DNA of 64,000 nt from contig CAXVYR010000004.1 of assembly GCA_963666975.2 (NCBI GenBank), positions 224,001 to 288,000 of the forward strand, given 5' to 3'. The notes under the pieces are model-generated. The model was not told where the DNA came from. It made no database searches and saw nothing but the letters and a program-made list of their open reading frames with translations. This document shows positions 29,574 through 38,652 of the stretch, piece after piece (position 1 is the stretch's first letter; the number at the start of each line of letters is the position of its first letter). This stretch comes from Terriglobia bacterium. Lineage in GTDB: Bacteria; Acidobacteriota; Terriglobia; 2-12-FULL-54-10. A program made the position numbers and the translations under genes.

Positions 29574-30776
29574 TCAATCCCTCGCCAGGATGTGGACAGC
29601 GCTCCCCCGACGAGCAAGAAACGCTGCGCCGGTTGCAGTGCAGGCCGCGATCTTACAATTCGGCACTTGGCGTGCTCCCGCCTCGCCACGCAGTTGTTTG
29701 GTCGCTTCGACGAACAGGAAGATGCCGCGACGTCCTGGGTGCGTTGAGGAGAGCCCGCCACCGTCGGGATTGACGGGCAGCCGCCCGGCGAGCTCAATGT
29801 GGCCCTCTTCCACGAAGGCGCCGCCTTGTCCGACCGGACAGAACCCCATGCCCTCCAGATCGATCGGCACATTCAGCGTAAAGGCGTCATACACCATTGC
29901 CGTATCGATATCGTCTGGGGTTAAGCCCGCCATCCCAAACGCGTGCGTCGCCGCCCGATGGACCATCTGTCGGGTTCCTTTCGCCCAATCCCCGTAACCC
30001 GCTTCATGATGCATGAAGGACTCTCCAAACCCGAGAATCCAAACCGGCGGTTTCTTGCAACTGCGAGCGAACTCCGGTGAGGCAACGATCACCGCGGCTC
30101 CGCCGTCTGTGATGACACAACAGTCCAGCCTGTGCAACGGCGACGCGATCACCGGCGAGTTCAACACATCGTCCACGGTGATCGGATCGCGAAACATCGC
30201 AACCGGGTTTAACGATGCATGCTTCCGCATCGTCACGGCCACTCGTGCTAATTGTTCCGAGGTGAGCCCGTAATCGTGCATGTACCGTTGCGCGATGATC
30301 CCCATGAGACCTACAACGGTCAGCCCGTAGGGTTCCTCAAAACTGTCCGGAGTCGGCGACATCTCTTTCCCGACAAGCCGGTTGTACCCGATAGTTCCTA
30401 TGGGCACCTTGCGCGACCGTGCGGTCGCTCCATACGCGATCAAGGCGCACCGGAACAGGCCTGCATGGATCCCAATCACTGCGCGATTCAGGTAGTAGCC
30501 GAACGACGCGCCTCCGACGTCTGTTTCGTCAATGAACGCAGGATGGATGTTCAGGTAATCCGCCATCATGATGGCGGCGTGCGGGCCAAGATATCCCCCC
30601 TCCGGCGCCGTTGCTGAGGTAAAGTACGCATCGATGTCGCCCGGCTTGAGCCCTGCATCTTCGAGCGCTCCGATCGCCGATTCGGCCTGAATCAGCCATT
30701 CGCTTTTTTCTGGCGCGTATCGACTCGGATGCTCGTACACGCCGACAATCGATGCCGATTTCTTCAGGTCAGCCAT
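29574..30776 (-). CDS. SCP2/Ltp2-type thiolase-superfamily protein
   Basis: Start MADLKK at 30776; DVGGAS (no nucleophilic Cys), DCCVITDGG, YDAFT, NPDGGGLSSTH and QLRG. Confidence 0.88.
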   Translation of the reverse strand: MADLKKSASIVGVYEHPSRYAPEKSEWLIQAESAIGALEDAGLKPGDIDAYFTSATAPEGGYLGPHAAIMMADYLNIHPAFIDETDVGGASFGYYLNRAVIGIHAGLFRCALIAYGATARSRKVPIGTIGYNRLVGKEMSPTPDSFEEPYGLTVVGLMGIIAQRYMHDYGLTSEQLARVAVTMRKHASLNPVAMFRDPITVDDVLNSPVIASPLHRLDCCVITDGGAAVIVASPEFARSCKKPPVWILGFGESFMHHEAGYGDWAKGTRQMVHRAATHAFGMAGLTPDDIDTAMVYDAFTLNVPIDLEGMGFCPVGQGGAFVEEGHIELAGRLPVNPDGGGLSSTHPGRRGIFLFVEATKQLRGEAGARQVPNCKIAACTATGAAFLARRGSAVHILARD

Positions 30777-31818
30777 CGTGTGTGTTCCCGCGCACCGGCA
30801 GTGAGTTAGAAGGCCCGCTCTCGACGGCTCGGGCAACTTCAGCCAGCGCCTGAAGCCGGCTCAGCCGTCCACCCGATAGCAGGGACAAGGTGATGCGGTC
30901 GACGCCCAGCGAAGCCAGCGCATGCAACTTCGCAACGCAATGGCCGGCGTCGCCTGCGATAGCCATGACGTCGGCCATTTCGTCGCTCACCACCTCGCGG
31001 TGTGCCGCATGCAACGATAAGTGCTCCAGGTAATCGTACGTCCGGGTCGCCTGCTCGATTTCGGTGCCGCGCACTGCCGCAGCGACTTCGCGCGGCCAGT
31101 TCGTCGTCTTGCCCCACCACCACTTGGACTGACTCGCCACCCATGGTTTTACATCATCCAGAGCCTGCTGCCGATTGTCGGACACCGAAATCGTCTGCCA
31201 GAGATCGATACATATTTCGCTTCTCTTCCTGCCGGCTTCTCGTGCTCCGGCAATCACGGTGTCGATCTGCTCCTGTACCAGGCGCGGGGTGGAAGACCCC
31301 ATCAGAATCACCCCATCGCCCACCCGGCCCGCCAGACGGAGCATCTTGGGCTGGCTGGCGGAAATGAAGATCGGCACCCGTCCCTGAGTCGTAGCCAGAC
31401 GCACGTCCTGTCCCCGTTGCCGCACCGTCTCTCCAGCCAGCAACCTTCGTATCACGTTCACAGTTTCTTCAACCGTTTGCACACGAGCCGGTTTTAGCCC
31501 GATCCCTTCAACCGAAGTCATCCCAGCCCCTATCCCGAGGATGGCGCGACCCTTGCTCACCTCCTGGATCGCCGATATCGCACAGGCGGTCACCGTCGGA
31601 TCACGCGTGATGGGATTCGTGACACCGGTTCCCAGCTGAATCTGTTCCGTATTCATGGCGCAGAGCGCCAGCGTAACATAGACGTCCTTCATCGCGAGTT
31701 GAAAATCGATGAAGTACAAACGCTCGAATCCGCCTTTTTCCGCTTCGCGCGCGATCTCCGGCGCGCGCAGCAGCGGTTCTCGCGCACTAACGCCTACGGA
31801 AAGACCAAACGGTACCAT
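30769..31818 (-). CDS. LLM-class flavin-dependent oxidoreductase (Mer-like)
   Basis: LGTGVTNPITRDP, GRAILGIGAG and PKMLRLAGRVGDG; start MVPFG at 31818. Confidence 0.88.
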   Translation of the reverse strand: MVPFGLSVGVSAREPLLRAPEIAREAEKGGFERLYFIDFQLAMKDVYVTLALCAMNTEQIQLGTGVTNPITRDPTVTACAISAIQEVSKGRAILGIGAGMTSVEGIGLKPARVQTVEETVNVIRRLLAGETVRQRGQDVRLATTQGRVPIFISASQPKMLRLAGRVGDGVILMGSSTPRLVQEQIDTVIAGAREAGRKRSEICIDLWQTISVSDNRQQALDDVKPWVASQSKWWWGKTTNWPREVAAAVRGTEIEQATRTYDYLEHLSLHAAHREVVSDEMADVMAIAGDAGHCVAKLHALASLGVDRITLSLLSGGRLSRLQALAEVARAVESGPSNSLPVRGNTHDG

Positions 31819-32030
31819 ATGTGTCTCCACGCCGCCTTTGGAAGAATCGCGCAAAGTTCACGGCCGCAAACCCGAACTGGGTGCGCCAGCTCTCACGCAA
31901 CGGACGATTCGACGCCGGAGGAACCCGTCCCATCGCACGCCCTGATTTGCTCCAGACCCTCACCAAACTCTTGAGGTTCCCGATGCAGAACGTGTCGGGA
32001 CCAAAACCGCCGATGCGATCCTTATTCCAG

Positions 32031-32068
32031 GCAAAACATACGCCAATCGCCCGGTCGACTCAAGCTCA
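32031..32068 (-). promoter_or_regulatory. IS1380-end-like promoter relic facing the LLM operon (terminal repeat eroded)
   Basis: TTGAGT-17-TATGTT with TGGCG before the -10; aligns with 55917..55952. Confidence 0.6.
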
Positions 32069-32114
32069 AACCATTGGCCCCTTTCTGTTGTCCTCTGGCG
32101 GGCAAGACGGTGCG

Positions 32115-32162
32115 AGGTTTGGGTGGCGCTTTCTTGGAAGAACTTGTGTATGATGAGGCGGG
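32115..32162 (+). pseudogene. 48-bp orphan fragment of Mo-hydroxylase L2 (GLGGAFLEELVYDEAG region)
   Basis: 46/48 identical to the reverse complement of 47171..47218. Confidence 0.8.
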
Positions 32163-32250
32163 GCCTTTGCTCTCCACGACCTTTAGGGGGCCGAAGAATT
32201 GATCTTCGTTTTTGTGCTATTGGCCGCTTGATGGAAGGAAGAGGCAGACA

Positions 32251-33192
32251 ATGCCAAAGACGCTGATTAACGGGGTGAACCTCTACTACGAAGTTCACGG
32301 CCGGGGATTTCCATTAGTGTGGAGTCACGAATTCGCCGGCGACTATCGCTCGTGGAAAACCCAGGTCGAGTTCTTCCAGCGCCGCTACCGCGTGATTACT
32401 TACAACGCCAGGGGCTACCCTCCTTCCGATGTGCCAATGGACTTGTCCCTGTACACGCAGGAGAAGGCGGTGGAAGACCTTCGCGGGCTGCTCGACCACC
32501 TGAGCATTGCGCAGGCACATGTCGGTGGCTTTTCTATGGGCGGGAGCGTCGCTCTGAACTTTGGCCTGGCCTATCCTCAGATGGCGAGGTCCTTGATTGT
32601 GGCAGGTGCCGGAACGGGTTCCGCCGATCCGGAACTGTTTCGCCGGGGGCTGGAGGAGATTGCGCACCGTCTGGAGACCGAAGGAATGCCGAGCATGGCC
32701 GATTATCTGCACGGGCCCCACCGAGTACAGCTCCTCCACAAAAACCCCAAGGCTTGGCGGGAACTTTCCCGGCATTTCTCGGAGCATTCGAACAGAGGCA
32801 TGGCATTGACGTTGCGCGGTATCCAGGGTGGCCGCCCATCGATTTTTGAACTCGAGGCGAAATTGCGTACCCTCGATGTTCCTGTGCTGCTCATGGTAGG
32901 CGACGAGGACGACCCCTGTCTCGAGCCGAGCGTCTTCATGAAGCGTTGCATCCCCCGGTCCGGTCTGGCAGTATTTCCCCGGACCGGCCACACCATCAAC
33001 CTGGAGGATCCTCGGTTCTTCAACCAGACAGTGCTGGGTTTCTTAAAGGCGGTTGAGGCAGACAATTGGGCGAAACGCGCCGCGGGCATTGCCTCCGCCT
33101 CCCTGGTAACCCGATCGGGTCGGATCGCTGGAGTAGCGGCTCCTCCTGAGCGTTCTGAGTCGGCTGGCAATAGCGTACCCTCTAACTCTTGA
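32251..33192 (+). CDS. Alpha/beta-fold hydrolase
   Basis: YNARGYPPS, GFSMGG nucleophile elbow, GDEDD and GHTINLE; ATG 32251. Confidence 0.9.
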   Translation: MPKTLINGVNLYYEVHGRGFPLVWSHEFAGDYRSWKTQVEFFQRRYRVITYNARGYPPSDVPMDLSLYTQEKAVEDLRGLLDHLSIAQAHVGGFSMGGSVALNFGLAYPQMARSLIVAGAGTGSADPELFRRGLEEIAHRLETEGMPSMADYLHGPHRVQLLHKNPKAWRELSRHFSEHSNRGMALTLRGIQGGRPSIFELEAKLRTLDVPVLLMVGDEDDPCLEPSVFMKRCIPRSGLAVFPRTGHTINLEDPRFFNQTVLGFLKAVEADNWAKRAAGIASASLVTRSGRIAGVAAPPERSESAGNSVPSNS

Positions 33193-33207
33193 GGCACGGG
33201 AGAAAGC

Positions 33208-34179
33208 ATGATGCAAAACCCAAAGTTGTTTGCGGTCGCCCAGCGAGTGGTACAGGAGAGCGTTCAACTCCACTCCGGTGAAAGGGTATGCGTCGTCACG
33301 GATACAGAAAAGCAGACGTTGGCTGAGGTCTTTATGGATGCAGCGCGCAGCCGCGAGACAGACCCTGTGATGGCTCTCATGGCGCCGCGCAGTCAGCACG
33401 GCCAAGAAGTTCCCGAAGTGGTCGCTTCTGCGATGGCAGGGGCTGATGCGGTCTTTCAAGTGGTGACTCATGCAATGACGCACACCGCTGCCACCAAACG
33501 GGCGATGGCGGCAGGCGCGCGTATCCTTGTGTTGCGGGGAGTCACCGAAGATCTCATGCTCAACGGCGCAATTAACGCAGATTATAAACAGATAGCTGCC
33601 ATCTGCGCTCAACTGGCCATGGAGATGAAAGAGGCCAAACGGGCGCGCGTACGCACGGCACAAGGGACGGATATGGTGATGGATCTGACGGGCCGCTTGC
33701 CCCTGGTGTTGGATGGGATAGTGAAAGGACCAGGCACGTTTGCAGCAATGCCTGACGGCGAGACGGCTATTGTGCCCGTGGAAGGTTCCTCGGAGGGCGT
33801 GCTAGTCGTAGACAAGACCATGGATGGTATCGGCTCGCTCGATCAGCCTATACGAATGCGCGTGGCTCAAGGAAAGGTCATCTCGATTGAGGGGGGTGAG
33901 GCTGCTCGCCGGCTGCAGCATATAATCGAGACGTCCGATGATAATGCCACCAATATTGCTGAGTTTGCTATCGGAACGAATCCGAAGGCACGAATTATTG
34001 GTAACATGGCCGAAGACAAAAAGCTGGAAGGGTCTGTGCACATTGCGATTGGGGATAGTCACGTCATTGGCGGGACAGTCAAGAGTAACATCCATCTGGA
34101 TGGTTTGCTGCTCAACCCCACTGTAGAACTTGACGGAAAGCTCGTTGTCGATGAGGGCCGTTTGCTTCTCAGAAAATGA
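33208..34179 (+). CDS. Aminopeptidase T/M29-like metallohydrolase
   Basis: MPDGE, IAEFAIGTN, EDKK..GSVHIAIG and NIHLD. Confidence 0.8.
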   Translation: MMQNPKLFAVAQRVVQESVQLHSGERVCVVTDTEKQTLAEVFMDAARSRETDPVMALMAPRSQHGQEVPEVVASAMAGADAVFQVVTHAMTHTAATKRAMAAGARILVLRGVTEDLMLNGAINADYKQIAAICAQLAMEMKEAKRARVRTAQGTDMVMDLTGRLPLVLDGIVKGPGTFAAMPDGETAIVPVEGSSEGVLVVDKTMDGIGSLDQPIRMRVAQGKVISIEGGEAARRLQHIIETSDDNATNIAEFAIGTNPKARIIGNMAEDKKLEGSVHIAIGDSHVIGGTVKSNIHLDGLLLNPTVELDGKLVVDEGRLLLRK

Positions 34180-34330
34180 ACAGGGCTTTCTCCATACAAA
34201 CGATTGCACGATTGGCGCAGCGACCGAATGCGATCCCCGATGGTGGGGAAAAGTAGTCCCCCTGTGCTGATATCCACCCATCCGTGCAGTTTTCCTGGCG
34301 TTTGGGTTTAGCTCTTCGGAGCTGGCAAAG

Positions 34331-35179
34331 ATGAAGGTAGCGGTAGCGCAACTCGCTCCTGAGTTCGATCCAACGCGGAACGTTGAAAAGACCCTCGATG
34401 CAATGCGAGAAGCGGCGGGGCGGGGCGCTCAGCTGGTCGTACTGCCTGAGATGTGTCTGAGTCCGTATCAGCTTGAAGGCGAACCGCTTGAGCGCTGGGC
34501 GCAGGAGATTCCTGGGGGGATTTCCGTGCAGCGCTGGCTCCGTGAGAGCAAAGCGCTTGGAATCTATGTGGTAGCTGGCCTGCTGGAACGGGCGGGAGCC
34601 GATTACTACAACACGGCGGCAGTGCTGGGTCCTCAGGGGTTTCTATCGTACTATCGCAAAGCACACCTTTTCGGTTGGGAGCGACACCGCCTAGCTGCAG
34701 GTAATCGTGGATTCCTCTCGGTAGAAATCCAGGGAACGCGGCTGGGAATTTTGATCTGCTACGACTTACGCTTTATGGAAGCCGTGCGCCTGCTGGCATT
34801 GGAGAAGGTCCAGTTGTTGTGCGTTCCCACTGCCTGGTCAGACATAGGCAAACCTCAGCCGTTGGATCGATATGGTCTGTGCGCGGCAGCTCACATGTCA
34901 TTGGGCTATGCCTATGCCAACCGCTTGTTTGTCCTCTGTGCGAATCGTGTCGGCAGAGAGAAAGGCGTAGGGTACCTGGGTAACAGCCTTGTCGCTGGGC
35001 CGGCAGGGGAGACATTGGCAGGACCGGCGGGTCCTGAGGAAACAACGATACTGGTCGCCGACGTTGACCCAAAGCAAGCGGACGACAAACACGTGGGCGA
35101 AGACAACGATGTATTGGCTGACAGGCGCGTTGACTTATATACCATAGGATTGGCCGGGAGAAATTCTGCGTCGGATTAA
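34331..35179 (+). CDS. Carbon-nitrogen hydrolase (nitrilase superfamily)
   Basis: E-K-C triad in LPE, YRKAHL and ICYD. Confidence 0.92.
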   Translation: MKVAVAQLAPEFDPTRNVEKTLDAMREAAGRGAQLVVLPEMCLSPYQLEGEPLERWAQEIPGGISVQRWLRESKALGIYVVAGLLERAGADYYNTAAVLGPQGFLSYYRKAHLFGWERHRLAAGNRGFLSVEIQGTRLGILICYDLRFMEAVRLLALEKVQLLCVPTAWSDIGKPQPLDRYGLCAAAHMSLGYAYANRLFVLCANRVGREKGVGYLGNSLVAGPAGETLAGPAGPEETTILVADVDPKQADDKHVGEDNDVLADRRVDLYTIGLAGRNSASD

Positions 35180-35198
35180 GACCGCGAAACGGAGACCG

Positions 35199-35996
35199 AT
35201 GGATTTAGGGCTGAAGGGTAAAATTGCGCTGGTGACGGGGGGAAGCAGAGGCATCGGTAAGGCGATTGCGCTTGCCTTGGCACAGGAGGGATGCCGCATC
35301 GCGATTTGTGCGCGCGGGGAAGCCCTCCTCAAGCAGACCAGTGAAGAGATTCGGCGCACAACCAGCGGCGAGGCAGTGCCCTTCATTGCAGACCTAACCC
35401 GCATGGAAGAAGTCACCCGCATGGTGGACGGGATGATCCGCCATTTTGGACGTATTGATATATTGGTAAACAATGCGGGCAACGCGCCGGGCGGCCTACT
35501 GGAAAATCTTACAGAAGAAGATTGGGCGCAGGCTTTGCAGCTCAAGTTCATGGGCTATGTGCGCTGCTGCAAGGCCGTCCTGCCGCACATGCGAGCGCAG
35601 GGGCGGGGACGGGTTATTAACATTGTAGGGAACGATGGCGTCAAGCACTCTTTCTGGGAGATTTCCCCCGGTGCTGTCAATGCGGCCGACCTCAACCTGA
35701 CGCTCTCCTTGGCGGAGCAGTACGGCAAACAGAACATTACCTTCGTGGCAGTGAATCCAGGCCCAGTGCGCACTGAGCGTTGGGACGGGTTGGTTCAGGC
35801 ACTAGCGCGGGACAGGGGCACCAGCGAGAAGGAGGCCGACCGGCGCGCTGTCGCAAGCATCCCTTTGGGGCGAATCTGTACCCCGGAAGAGGTAGCCGAT
35901 CTGGCTACATTTTTGGCTTCCGATCGAGCCCATTTTATCAATGGCACGATGATCAATATTGACGGTGGCCAGCGCAAGGCCGTCATGGATATCTAA
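35199..35996 (+). CDS. Short-chain dehydrogenase/reductase
   Basis: TGGSRGIG, LVNNAG, VNPGPV and IDGG; the canonical YxxxK is absent (PGAVN). Confidence 0.88.
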   Translation: MDLGLKGKIALVTGGSRGIGKAIALALAQEGCRIAICARGEALLKQTSEEIRRTTSGEAVPFIADLTRMEEVTRMVDGMIRHFGRIDILVNNAGNAPGGLLENLTEEDWAQALQLKFMGYVRCCKAVLPHMRAQGRGRVINIVGNDGVKHSFWEISPGAVNAADLNLTLSLAEQYGKQNITFVAVNPGPVRTERWDGLVQALARDRGTSEKEADRRAVASIPLGRICTPEEVADLATFLASDRAHFINGTMINIDGGQRKAVMDI

Positions 35997-36063
35997 CTCC
36001 ATTCCTTCGCAAGTCCTCATCGCACTGTGCGTCTTCAGGACATTTGAGGCAGGCTGACGCACA

Positions 36064-36120
36064 GACGGCTGACGTTTGGTTTGAGGCGAAGAGGAAAGCG
36101 CAAATCGGAAATTCCGTTAA
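36064..36120 (+). mobile_element. IS1380-end-like relic immediately before the M20 start codon
   Basis: GACGGCTGACGTTTGGTTTGAGGCGAAGAGGAAAGCGCAAATCGGAAATTCCG-TTAA aligns with the minus strand of 55884..55936; -10 decayed. Confidence 0.65.
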
Positions 36121-36121
36121 G

Positions 36122-37405
36122 ATGAAGCGAGAACAAGTTGTGCAGGACATCCTGGACCGAATCAATCCCAACGAGCTGGTGAAGGTCGCGCTGGATTTGG
36201 GCAACATCGACAGCCCAACCGGCCAAGAGGGAGAGATAGCCGAGTTTGTCTACGGCTGGTTGGGGCAACAGGGCTTTGCTCCGCGCAAGCTGGGGTTGTT
36301 CCGGAATCGCTTCAACGTCGCAGCCACTTTGCCGGGGAACTCCCGTGGCAGGAGCCTGGTTTTCAACAGCCACATGGATACCACCATCGCCAAGGAGGAG
36401 GTTTGGACCACGCGAAGGGCGGCAGACCCGATTTTCCACTCGGCGTGGCGGGAGGGCGACCTGCTCATCGGCAACGGCATCTGCAACGATAAAGGGCCGA
36501 TGGCCTCCTGGCTGATCGCGGCGAAGGCGATCCGTGAGAGCGGCGTTAGCATGAAGGGCGACCTCGTTCTGACGGCCGTCGTCGGGGAAATCGGTCTTGA
36601 ACCGGTGGACGAATTCGAGTCTCCGGAATATCTGGCCAAAGAGGCCGGGACGCGATACGCTGTAACGCACGGGGCAGTCGGCGATTACGCGCTGGTCGCA
36701 GAGGGGACCGATTTCGGCCTGGTCTGGGTGGAGGCGGGAAAAGCTTTCTTTAAGATCACCGTCTTTGGGGAAGACGTGCCCATCTATACGCCCTACATTC
36801 AGCGGCCGGTGTCGACCGAGAAGAACCCGAATGCCATCGTTCGCATGACCCGCTTGATCGAACATCTGGAGAGCTGGGCGTACGATTACGAGCGGCGGAA
36901 CCGCTACGAATGCCCCGGCGGCGTGGTAGTCCCCAAAGTCAATATCGGCGCGATCAGGGGAGGCGTACCTTACAAAATCACCAAGACCGTCCAGCAATGC
37001 GCGATCTACGTGGATGTCCGTATTACGCCGACTCAGAATCCTCTGGACGTGAGGGAGGAGCTACGCGGTCTGCTTTCCAGCGCGGGACTGAACGGCGAGG
37101 TCGAGCTGTATGTCTACCGGCGAGGATACGAGGGTCGTCAGGTGGAGCCTCTGGCTGGGTCCATCCGGCAATCCCACCGGCAGATCTTCGGCGAGCTTCC
37201 CAAGCTCGCCCCGGCCCCGTATTCCAGCATGTGGCGGGACATTAATGTCTTCAACGAGATGGGGATTCCCGCCATCACCTACGGACCCGGAGCCAGCGTG
37301 GGAGGCGGCAACTTTGCCATGCGCATCGAGGATCTGGTCGCAGCCGCGAAACTCTATGCGCTCATCGCGCTGGATGTCTGTAACCAGGAGAGAAACGCGG
37401 ACTGA
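36122..37405 (+). CDS. M20-family metallohydrolase (ArgE/DapE-like)
   Basis: FNSHMDT, GICNDKG, VVGEI, AEGT and YGPG; start ATG 36122. Confidence 0.88.
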   Translation: MKREQVVQDILDRINPNELVKVALDLGNIDSPTGQEGEIAEFVYGWLGQQGFAPRKLGLFRNRFNVAATLPGNSRGRSLVFNSHMDTTIAKEEVWTTRRAADPIFHSAWREGDLLIGNGICNDKGPMASWLIAAKAIRESGVSMKGDLVLTAVVGEIGLEPVDEFESPEYLAKEAGTRYAVTHGAVGDYALVAEGTDFGLVWVEAGKAFFKITVFGEDVPIYTPYIQRPVSTEKNPNAIVRMTRLIEHLESWAYDYERRNRYECPGGVVVPKVNIGAIRGGVPYKITKTVQQCAIYVDVRITPTQNPLDVREELRGLLSSAGLNGEVELYVYRRGYEGRQVEPLAGSIRQSHRQIFGELPKLAPAPYSSMWRDINVFNEMGIPAITYGPGASVGGGNFAMRIEDLVAAAKLYALIALDVCNQERNAD

Positions 37406-37512
37406 GTTGCCGAGGTGGTCCGGCAAAGAGAACCCCTGCCGTGGCTAGCAGCCTGGGGAACTATGTCACTCCGCTGCGGGAAATGGGCCGGGAGACCCAG
37501 AAAGGAATTTCT

Positions 37513-38556
37513 ATGAGCGGTATCAATCGCAGACAGTTTCTCAGATATAGCGGCTCGAGCATAGGAACGGCCATTTGCAGCAGGGGAAGTTCAGTCGCTC
37601 TCTTTGGCCAAAACCCGTCGACGGTGCGTCTCTGCAGCCTCTCCGGCGGGATGAGCGCCGTAGCAGCCAACCTTTTGGTCCGCTCCGGAGCCGCACAAAA
37701 GCGGGGACTGAACGTGGAATTGCGGTCCTTCGGATCCGATGTTTCCGTCCAGAACTTCCTGCAAGGTCTCGCAGACGTTTCCTTCGACTTCGGTCCTAGC
37801 CAGGTAGCCCTTGCCTGGTCTAGATTTCCCACGGCAATCATCAACAGCGTTCAGTGCAGCCAAAATGCGGTGATTGCCCGGACCGATTCGGGGATTGAGA
37901 GGATGGAGGATCTCCTCAACTTCGAGCAAAGGCGCGGACGAAAACCAAAATTGGGGATTTTCGGTCGGGACTCTTCCAACTTCAATGAACTTACGGTGTT
38001 ATTGGCTGTAAAGTTTGGAGTGAATCGTCCCCGGCTGGAACAAACCTTCGATCTCGTGGAGGCCTCTCCTCCAGGGCTTATTCCCTTACTGAGCCGCGGG
38101 GACATTGATGCCGCGACGTTGTTTGACCCCCTGGTCTTACGGGCTGAAATCGATGCCAATGCCCAGATCATCTTCGGTCCGTATACACAAGAGTTCGAGG
38201 CTATCTGGGGGGCGCCCAAAATCCTGGTTGGTATCACTGTCCAGGTTGATTTCCTTCGGAAGAACCTTGACCTGATAAAGCGCTTCCGAGAGGCCTGGAT
38301 CGAGACGGTCGAGTGGGCGTCCAGTAACGGGTACGAGTTCTTTCGAGAAGACCGCTTCAAGCAGCTAACGGGCATCCGGGAAAACGGCGACATCAATCGC
38401 CTGATAGAGCGCAATATCAAGTTGCCGCTGTTTATTGCACGTTGGGACCAGGCAATGAAGCAGACTCAGCTCAATTATCTCAGGGTCGCCGCCCAACAAG
38501 GCATCCTTCCCTCCATTCCGGACACACCTATGACAGATCTTGAAAACTTCATCTAG
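37513..38556 (+). CDS. Tat-exported ABC substrate-binding protein (SBP2, orphan paralogue)
   Basis: INRRQFLRY; collinear and highly similar to SBP1. Confidence 0.85.
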   Translation: MSGINRRQFLRYSGSSIGTAICSRGSSVALFGQNPSTVRLCSLSGGMSAVAANLLVRSGAAQKRGLNVELRSFGSDVSVQNFLQGLADVSFDFGPSQVALAWSRFPTAIINSVQCSQNAVIARTDSGIERMEDLLNFEQRRGRKPKLGIFGRDSSNFNELTVLLAVKFGVNRPRLEQTFDLVEASPPGLIPLLSRGDIDAATLFDPLVLRAEIDANAQIIFGPYTQEFEAIWGAPKILVGITVQVDFLRKNLDLIKRFREAWIETVEWASSNGYEFFREDRFKQLTGIRENGDINRLIERNIKLPLFIARWDQAMKQTQLNYLRVAAQQGILPSIPDTPMTDLENFI

Positions 38557-38584
38557 GGGGTTGTTGGAAAAGTGGTGTATGGGT

Positions 38585-38629
38585 CCGCTTGCTCACCCCT
38601 CGGCTTCGCTCGGGACAGGCACGCACGGG
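38585..38629. repeat. Nested REP-like repeats at a convergent junction
   Basis: CCGCTTGCTCA [CCCCTCGGCTTCGCTCGGGACAGG] CACGCACGGG; the inner unit matches 51556..51580 in reverse. Confidence 0.6.
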
Positions 38630-38652
38630 TCGGTTGGGCAGTTCATTCCATA

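Noticed and set aside
33208-34179. NicX-type 2,5-dihydroxypyridine dioxygenase
   Set aside because: Same fold family and tempting in context, but it has IAEFAIG (Glu) and the E..K..G..H peptidase ligand pattern rather than the NicX His in SHIGWG
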